64,000 nt of DNA from Strigamia acuminata (taxonomy: Eukaryota): contig OX442314.1 of NCBI GenBank assembly GCA_949358305.1, positions 11,904,001 through 11,968,000 of the forward strand, in the 5' to 3' direction. The position numbers were made by a program, and so were the translations under genes. The notes below the pieces were generated by a model, which saw nothing but the letters and a program-made list of their open reading frames with translations, searched no databases and was not told the origin of the DNA. The stretch's first letter is position 1. Each line of letters starts with the position of its first letter. Positions 63,892-64,000 of the stretch are shown piece after piece.

Positions 63892-64000
63892 ATAAAAAAT
63901 ACTAACCCATTCATATTCCCATCTTAGCATTACAAAGCCACATGAAATTAAAATCAAATAATACCGACCACCTGCCACAAAAGAAATGGGCATTATACAT

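Overview
AT-rich eukaryotic (invertebrate, probably arthropod) genomic DNA with compact genes and short (about 50-70 nt) GT-AG introns. 1-10630 is most of a Ty3/Gypsy LTR retrotransposon: gag, a -1 frameshifted pol with one in-frame TGA, a non-env third ORF, a PPT and a 1.66 kb 3' LTR. 10.6-18.2 kb is repeat debris with a long inverted repeat and a local duplication. Then come an intronless orphan ORF behind a decayed copy of the FAM50 5' end, FAM50, PACS (minus) head-to-head with UBXN1, and a minus-strand tandem array of eight RNase T2 genes (30.8-50.5 kb) interrupted by an RNF216-like RBR ligase and a SMIM30-like ORF. A nest of MITEs and LTR remnants follows (51-57.5 kb), and finally a DEG/ENaC gene with a chimeric DNA transposon in one intron. 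The best leads are four. (1) The RNase T2 array keeps open reading frames while losing catalytic residues stepwise, shows exon-biased divergence between its youngest copies, and shares a near-perfect 5' hairpin. (2) A 49-nt intron would fuse RNase T2 copy 2 in frame to the SMIM30-like transmembrane segment. (3) The DEG/ENaC gene appears to encode two subunits concatenated in one polypeptide. (4) The Gypsy element has a Cys-rich, nuclear-looking ORF3 where env would sit. All gene models were spliced by eye and no database search was run.
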